Below, in pieces: positions 56,095-64,000 of a stretch of 64,000 nucleotides of DNA; positions within the stretch are counted from its first letter, which is position 1; the number at the start of each line of letters is the position of its first letter. The notes beneath the pieces were generated by a model. The model ran no database searches and had not been told where the DNA came from. It worked only from the letters and a program-made list of their open reading frames with translations. The DNA is from Paramecium tetraurelia (taxonomy: Eukaryota): NCBI GenBank assembly GCA_000165425.1, contig CT868629.1, forward strand, positions 248,001-312,000. The letters run 5' to 3'. The translations under genes and the position numbers were made by a program.

Positions 56095-57849
56095 TCAAAC
56101 AACAGGATCTAATTATCGGATAGATATACGATCATCTTACTCCTATTATTATTTAAATATGCTTGGTAATTTAAGTTGCCTAAGTAAAACCTATTTTGAA
56201 TCCCCGCTAGAAAATTGAGGAATTCTTGAAGTAAGAGGTGGATTAGGGCAATATTACAATTAGAATTGCAATTATTACATTTTTAATCGCTTACTAGGTT
56301 CAATATGAATGAGAGGATTATTCAGGTTTAAATTAATCTAAGAATCTTTAAGTAGTGTAGAAACACTTTCATAGTAACTTTGAATTTTAGAAGATTAATG
56401 TGAAACTCCAGCAAGAAGGTCTAAAGGTCTTTTAACAATTCGACTTCTGTTGGTTTTACAAAAAGGTTGATTTTCTGTTTTCATACGTTGTAAAAGAACA
56501 TCATTATCAGCTAGATTCAACGATAAAGATTATTTGGATTATCTTTTGTTTTCCCCATAAATCTGATAGGCCTTATGAATGATGTATTCTAACTTTTTCA
56601 TCATCAACTATAGAGTCTTCAATGATTCTCCTCTACAACAGTATAATTTAAATCTCTAAATTGAAATATAAGATTTACATCTTCTTACAAAAATAAAGTT
56701 TAGACTTTTTCCGTTAAGCAAATTGCCTTAGTTTCCCTCTGAGATTATTTATTCATAATTTCCATGAATCCAAACAATTGGCCTTTGCTGTATCGGTTGA
56801 TGACTATTTATTATTTATTTTGTTGTTTGGACAATTGAGCATTCTCTAAATCTCTGCCCTTCTATTATAACTCAACCAAACCAGAAACTATGAAATAGAC
56901 TCCTTTAATTGATTCTCCTTCTCTAAAAATAACGTTGTTCATGGCATAATCAATGGATTAGAAATGATATTGGATAACACTAATGTCAGCATCATTCCAA
57001 TCAGTAAATATATTGATTGATTTCAAAAATTCAAAATTTTTATTTTAAATTCTAATATAATACTCGGCTAATTGAATTATAAATGTATAAATTACATAAG
57101 AATGTATGAAAAGCCTCTCTTGACAATTTAATAAATTAGCAATCTTCAGCACAAACAATCGTGGCTTATCTGGGCATACAATTAGTAAGAGCTATCTCTC
57201 CGAAACTCCCTCCTTGTTCTATTTTTCCAACCTTCATCATATGGGGGTATTTCAGTTCCAACATTCTCTCATCTTCCAAGTCCTAAAATTCGTCCTCATC
57301 CTCTAATAAATTAATTAATTATACTGTCTCTTCACCTTCATCGTACTCCTTTTCAACCTTTTTCTTTTTATCATATTTTTTGTCTCCTTTTTTTTCGATC
57401 ACTTCAATTTTGTCATCACCCAAACCACTTTTTCCAACCAACACCTTTAAAATTATAAATATTCAAATACCCAAACGCTACCTCTCAAGATGATGTAAAA
57501 ATTTTTTCCAATGGCCCCAAAACGAAAAAGTGTCCGACGTGCTGGCACATTAATGTATTGTAATTCTCTATAAAGATTAAGCATTTCCTCTTAACTAGTA
57601 GTTTTTTGCATCTCAGTAAAATATTTAATTGAGTAAAACGCCTATGATAATAAGTTCAATTCATTTTGATTTCTTTACTTTTACTCTTTTGATAAAATAC
57701 CCACGATAACCTTTATTTCAATAATACTTTACTTCAAAATGGGTAGGATTGTCAATATCAATTTCACCCTTGGATAGTAAGTCTTTGACTTGTTGATTTA
57801 GTTTGAATTATAATTTTATTCGGTCAATATTTGAGAGCCTTCTGTACAT
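56095..57849 (-). CDS. Cyclic-nucleotide-binding domain protein (two CNB domains)
   Basis: LFRFGAIGKNFYIILRGSV...GGSFGEIALTNCMPRQATIVC; second domain VIFREGESIKGVYFIVSGLV. Confidence 0.85.
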
Positions 57850-57880
57850 TAGTTTGTATAAAAAATATAAAATAATTAAG

Positions 57881-59888
57881 TCATCCTAAAAAGAGCGTAC
57901 TAGAAGTGCTCTTTGTATGTTTTGAGAGATTTTATTCATAACTATAACCGCTAAATAGATTTTAAACGGAGTTTTTCTTTAATAAGAGTTTATTTTCTCT
58001 GATCAAGTCATCTTGGCTTTCATTATCCTCACTAATTTAATTTAAATATTCGATATTGTCATCAATTTCCTAAATCAAAATATTGTTTATACACTTGGAA
58101 TATACGGAGATTAGATTTCTTTATTCAAAAGCCTTTGCCAAGGGAAATTTCTAAGCCAAGGATGATTTTTCACCTCATCTGGCCCCTTAAAACCAAGTCT
58201 ATTTATTGGTTTTCTTTATATTAATTTGTTTATAAAATCAGCACCTTCAATCGACCAATCATTTGGAACCTCAGACTTTTTGATCTGCACCTGTCTGGTG
58301 AGGATTTGATCTCTGATTTCTTATCTTGATCTTCCATTGTAAGGCCTTCTGCCTAACATAAATTCATAACCCATGATCCCAAGAGCAAAGTAATCTACAG
58401 CTATCGTGTGATTCTACCTGCACATCACTTCAGGAGCTACAGATATTGATGTATGACTATACCCATGTATCCTGGAGTGCCACTGGTATCTTGTGAATTC
58501 TCAGGTTTCCAGATCCTGGCAATCCCTAGATCTGTTAATCTAACATACCCATATTTGTCCAAAACCAAATTTTCTGGCTTAAGATCTCGATGAATGATGT
58601 TGTTATTGTGCAGATACTCCAATGACAACAAAACACAAGCTACAAAGAATTTGGTTTGATGTTCCTTAAACCTCCTCATTTTTCCAATGTGATATCTTAG
58701 GTCTCCTCCAGTCAATAAATCCATCACCAAATATAAGTTGTCCCTGTCTTGAAAACAATAATTCATATTGATCAAAAAGGGATGTTTAAATTAGGCCAAT
58801 AGATTTCTTTCATTCATTACTGAATTAACACTTCTTTTGGCTATTACTTTTGCCTTCGACATCTCCTTCATAGCATACAACTGTCTTGATTTCTTTATTT
58901 CAACTTTCCAAACCTTCCCAAATCCACCCTTCCCAATCACATAATGAAATTGAAAGTTGTTCTTGCTGACTTGTATGTTGCAGTCTGCCACTAAGGTTTC
59001 TTCATTGCCATCACTTGACTCTTGTCTTTCTTGCTGTTTAACTATGCTCTTAGAATTCTCATATCTAGAGTTATGTTACAAATTCATCATTGAGTTAAAT
59101 AGATTTTCAAAGCCTTTAGAGTATTTAAATTAACTAGGTACTTAGAATTCCTACTACATAATATGGATCTGAGGGGCTTCGTTTATAAATTGAGATTCTT
59201 TCTCAATCGGCTTATTTTCCTTAACTAAACTCTCCTATTGCTTGAACAAATTATCTTGAGGTTTAATTTGATGGACACTTGAAAATTTTGGATACACAAA
59301 CGGAGACACTTTTTATGCAGTAGTATTTGGTGATTTGGAATTCTTCCGAACAGTGTTTCTATTAATAATATCTAGATTATCAAAAATTGCTGGTTTAGCG
59401 GGAGATTAATCTTTGGATTGATTATGAATTTATATTTAAGAATCTTATTAATGATGTTATGACATTAGCTTGGACAATACGTAGACAGGACTACGAGAAC
59501 TTGGGTTTTAAAATAATTAGTCCTACTTCTCTTTGTGAAATGAATTGTTTCTACTGCTGTTAATGTTGGTGGCACTTTAATTCCTGGAATGCTTAGACTA
59601 AATTTTCATTTGCGACTAATCTTATTTTTGCATGTTCACTTAAATGATTTTAACCTTAGAAGGTGTTGCACTTCTTTGAGAGGAGGGTGTTTGTCTATTT
59701 TTGGTAGTCTTTTGAGCAATTTAGAAAAAACTAGTAAATTAACTTAATCCTAAAGGGGATTTGTTGGTTTGCTTTGGCCGTTCATCCTTTAATTCCTAAT
59801 AATGATTGGGATCATATCTTACAGCTTTTGGCTTAATAAAATTAAGTTTGGTTGGAAATAAATCCTTCAGATTGCGGTGGTTAGACAT
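57881..59888 (-). CDS. AGC-group Ser/Thr protein kinase with long Ser-rich N-terminus
   Basis: GKGGFGKV, YAMKEM, HRDLKPEN, LTDLGIAR, TSGTPGYM|APE; AGC C-tail LFSGYSY. Confidence 0.9.
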
Positions 59889-60042
59889 TATTAATATTAT
59901 ATAAATATAAATTAATAAACAAAATGTCAGTTCAGTATAGTGTGGATGAAAGAAGTCAAGGGAAGAGTCTGAAAATATAATAGTTGATTGATAGAGATCT
60001 CTTAAAATGAATGATAATAAAATGATATATATTTAAGCTGAA

Positions 60043-60852
60043 TCAATCTAGAGTTTAATTGTATTATTACCACCAAGAAATCTATTGTTTAAAGGAGGTT
60101 CTTCTAATTCCTCCAGAATTGGTTGATGAACAACATGCTAAGGTTTAACTTACTTGAAGGCTGTAAAATCGATGGTTCTCTTTTCATGTCGATGCGTGCT
60201 GATCTCTTCAGGTTGTCTGGGTATTTCTCCCAATTATAATCGATTAATTGGCGTTGCTCCTTTTGCAGAATGAATTTCAATCATTTGACAGGGTTTATTT
60301 TCTATCATTATTTGAAGGTTCTTCTTCTTCATGGTTTGATTTGGGACAATTTTCTCGAAAACACATTTCTTGATGCAAAAAACTTCTCCGATTGTTGAAT
60401 TGCAGAAAACATCGTAGGTGTAATTTTCATTATGAATTTCATCCATTCCAATCACATCCATCACCTTGAAGGTCTAGGAGGATAATTATTGTTGATAATC
60501 TTACACGAAGCTATTTCTATATTTGAGGTTCTTGAGCAAATATCTTACTTATATAAGATAAGGGATTCTTGGATTGCGACTTCACTAATATTCATTTGCC
60601 CAAACAATTACCATATTTGACTTATACGAATTCCCCCTTTGTTACAACATATACGTGTTTCGGTGCTTCATTGGAAACCAAAGATCTTAGAATTTAGACA
60701 ATACTATCTAAATTATTAGGCTTCTTAGGGCCATTTTTTTAAAGCCTTAAGATACTGCCATCAAATCATTTTTGGACTTATCTTGTTTCTAGATAAATTT
60801 CAAACATTCCTGCATTCGTTAATTATGCTTTTACCTGTTGAATTTGTTCCAT
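60043..60852 (-). CDS. Short degenerate CNB-homology protein (possibly decaying)
   Basis: SNEAPKHVYVVTKGEF...VMDVIGMDEIHNENYTYDVFCNSTIGEVFCIKK; needs ~5 introns, one (32 nt) uncertain. Confidence 0.5.
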
Positions 60853-60865
60853 TTTTTAATTTATT

Positions 60866-62162
60866 ATGAATAGTTATTTAATAAGTAAGTACTCTCAATC
60901 AACTCATTATCATTATAAAAAAGGAATAAATGACATTTTGGAAGGAAAAAGATGTTAATTACTAATCACACTTAAAGATCTGTAATGTTATGACACACCC
61001 CAAGAACACTTAGCTAAATATTATCACATTAATCAGTTAAGAGATAAATTACATATGTTGGGAGAATATTATAAAGTATGAAATTCAATAAATCAATCAG
61101 TATCATAATGACATACCTCGTTTATTTATGATTCCTGCCATTATCCCCTTAAATTATTTTCATGATCGCAAAAGAAGACTTGCATTTTTTAGAATCGCAC
61201 GCTTGATTGCACAAGAAAATCATAACAACCCTGATAAACCACAAAAAGGAATTGTAGGTGATTCACCCATCCCTTTGACAAGCGAACAAATCACACCACA
61301 AGATCCCAGTTCCTCCGATGAAGTATATTCAACCAAATTACATTAGATCCTCTCGAAAAATGATAAAATCTTGCAAGGAATCAGTTTCCTAATCTAAGAA
61401 CCTGACTCCATTGAAAAAATCAAACAATAAATTCAGTCTATGATCAAGCTAAAAAAATAGCCAAATACATCCTCCACCAAAATCAACAGCATCGGAAGCA
61501 ACACAACCACCAGTAAATCCAATAAGCAATCTATTCTGAAATAAACCAAATAACCACAACCATAACCACAAAAAAGCAAGTCTCCTCCACTCAAAATCCA
61601 ATCAGCTTCCATCCAATTGATTGATGTAGCCTCACCCAGAAACCAATAGCCATCCAAACAAGCATCTCCTAAAGATATTCAATAATTTACTAAAAGCAAA
61701 CCCAAATCCCCTTCTGTCAATATTGCTTCACCTGTTCAACAATTTATGAAACTATCCGCTAAGATGAAACAATCATTTAATAAATAATAATGCAGTAGTG
61801 CCAGGAACAATACAAATATCCCAAACAGTGCCAATTAAAGAAAGAGTAGTGTCACTCACATACTGAACATACTCAAATCACCAAACAAAAATAGTTCACA
61901 ACAGATTTAACATGTTTCATCCACTCCTAGAGATCAGGAATCCAAAAGAAGCTTCAACAATAAAAAGGTTCATCAACTGGAATTGCAAGTGATGTCTGAT
62001 TTGCAGAGCCTATTGTAAAAAAAGACCTGCTTAACTCATAGAAGTTCAATGACTAATAAAAACTGTCTCAAGAAGAAGCTGAATACTAGAGAACTCAATT
62101 AGTTTAAGTGTGTAAGGTTACCCCTATCCAACAGAGACGTTAATAATCAACAAAAAGAATGA
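60866..62162 (+). CDS. Ciliate-family protein with EYYKYHNDIPRLFM block and Ser/Gln-rich tail
   Basis: MNSYLISKYSQSTHYHYKKGINDILEG...EHLAKYY...LGEYYK|YHNDIPRLFM...FHDRKRR; 25-nt intron; TGA 62160-62162. Confidence 0.75.
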
Positions 62163-63801
62163 CTTTTTATATACATAGTTAAATATTTATGCACTAAGGT
62201 GTCTCATATTAATATTTTTATCAAATCACATTTTATTATTTGAAGAATTTTATAGTACTATATTTAATTCTTATTTTATTTTGCATGTTACAATATATTA
62301 TTTAAATCTATCTCAACTTTAGCATAAAATAAATCAAGCGTATCAATTATCATCCAAATTACAATCAATATAATTTAAGTCAATGCCATTCAGATGTTTA
62401 AGAATAAAGGAAACTAAATTATATATTTATTTTTCAAAATGTATATAAATTTATAACAGTCATAAAGTTAAAAAAGATGAATTTGTTAATTAACAAAAAT
62501 TACCTCAAGCAATAGCTATAATAAGCAGGGAAGATGTAAATTAGAATATATTGATAATAATTGTATTAAAAATTCTGGGGTTGTTTAATTTAAATTCTTA
62601 TAAACATCAACATTCCAATACAAAGAAAGTCAAAAAATAGAACCTAATTTCATTATTTAAGATAACCTATAAATGATTCATTGTAAACAATTTATTTATT
62701 ACTTAATCTAAATACATTAAGCAAATATATGAATCCATCCTAATTTTTATATTAATAATTTAATTAAAATAATAAAAGGGTAAAACTCAGCTTCATTATT
62801 ATTGTTGAAGAGTAATATAATTCTTAAATCATCTAATAAATGTCTCAAATTTGACTGCTTTAGATATATCTATCAATAAACCAGAATATTTGAATTCTTT
62901 AATATTCTATAAATTTGCTCTATGTTTATACTTTTTGCATTCAAACACCATATTCTAACCTTTAAACGACTATCCATGCATATCTAATACTAATCCCCTT
63001 TTTTGAGTAAATATCTTGTTATAATAATACATTTTAAAATAAATCTATTATTTTTTTTCGTTTAATATAAAGAATATTGTGAATATAGGGGAACAGTATC
63101 ACATTTAGATAAGTATCCTTAATTAGTAAAATAAATTCTTATCTGGGGAAATTCTAATTAATTATTATATAATATAAAGTTTACATCAATTAAAATTTTA
63201 TAGTTTTTTAATAAGTAACCCTTCAATCATTCTTGTTCAATAATTTTGAATTTATTTGTTCATTTTTCTAATAATAAACTTATAAATCTATGAATAAGTT
63301 TTATTATTATATTAACTCCACTTTAATTTCACCTACTTATTAATAACAATTTTCACATTTATTTTATAGATTTTCGTTCGTCCATTGGGAAAGGTTGGCG
63401 AGGTTAGCTTACCTAGATCACAACATATATAAAAATAAAGATTATTTTCATTTATTATAATGTAATTTGAAATAATTATATAACAAATTGTAATTCTCTT
63501 CCTTCTTCCCAATATCAGGTATTATCTTGAATAAAGAGAAAGGAAAATATTCAATAGTAGTAAAAAAGTGAAATGAAATAAATAATTTTGATTTCATTTA
63601 TTGAATTAAAATATTAAGATTTTTGAAAAGAGATAAATGGATCTTTATTATGAACAAGAGAAATTTATATTTTAAAGAAATAATGTATATATATGTATAT
63701 ATTTAAACCTTAATAATTTATGAATAATTCTTTTATTACTGTGTTTGTAACACAGATGTATTGATTTATGTATAATTAATTAAATTAATACACAAGCTAA
63801 T

Positions 63802-64000
63802 ATGTCAACAATTGAGAAGCAAGTCTAGAAGTAAAGAAAACTCAGCAACGAATTCGAATACACATACAATTCTACAGAAACCCATACAAATTCATCATTC
63901 TTTGATGAAGAGAGAAGTTAAGATTTTTAAGATTATAATTCATCAGTTGAAGAAGACTTTTAAGATATGTGGGAAATGTCATCTATCTGCACAGAGAATG
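63802..64000 (+). CDS. 5' part of a hypothetical protein running off the window
   Basis: ATG after an AT-rich spacer; MSTIEKQVQKQRKLSNEFEY... open to window end. Confidence 0.5.

Noticed and set aside
58520..58540. DLG instead of DFG in the kinase, suggesting a pseudokinase
   Set aside because: DLG occurs in active kinases, and the catalytic Lys, HRD and Gly loop are intact

Overview
AT-rich, gene-dense ciliate macronuclear DNA, most likely from Paramecium. TAA/TAG read as Gln, TGA is the only stop, and coding regions are interrupted by tiny (~19-32 nt) GT..AG introns. The supplied standard-code ORF track therefore fragments or misses most genes, so I re-read them by hand in translation table 6; intron boundaries are manual and approximate. 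I support about 30 protein-coding genes and one probable pseudogene. They include a COX17-like twin-CX9C microprotein, WDR43/UTP5-like, two K+ channels with CNB-homology domains, VAP, two cell-surface proteins, a bZIP factor, a decayed trehalose-6-phosphate synthase/phosphatase, a large multi-TM PAS protein and a four-domain Cav/Nav-family channel. The second half holds katanin p60, a CTD small phosphatase, an ABHD11-like hydrolase, CFAP47, MORN, Kelch, CCT and cNMP-binding proteins and an AGC kinase. Most notable are the four-domain channel with an Asp-Asp-Asp-Asp (CatSper-like) filter and weak voltage sensors, the COX17-like protein lacking the Cu-binding CC motif but carrying a myristoylation-like start, the TPS/TPP pseudogene, and a possible ZP-like membrane protein. 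No rRNA, tRNA, CRISPR, telomere or transposon was recognised.
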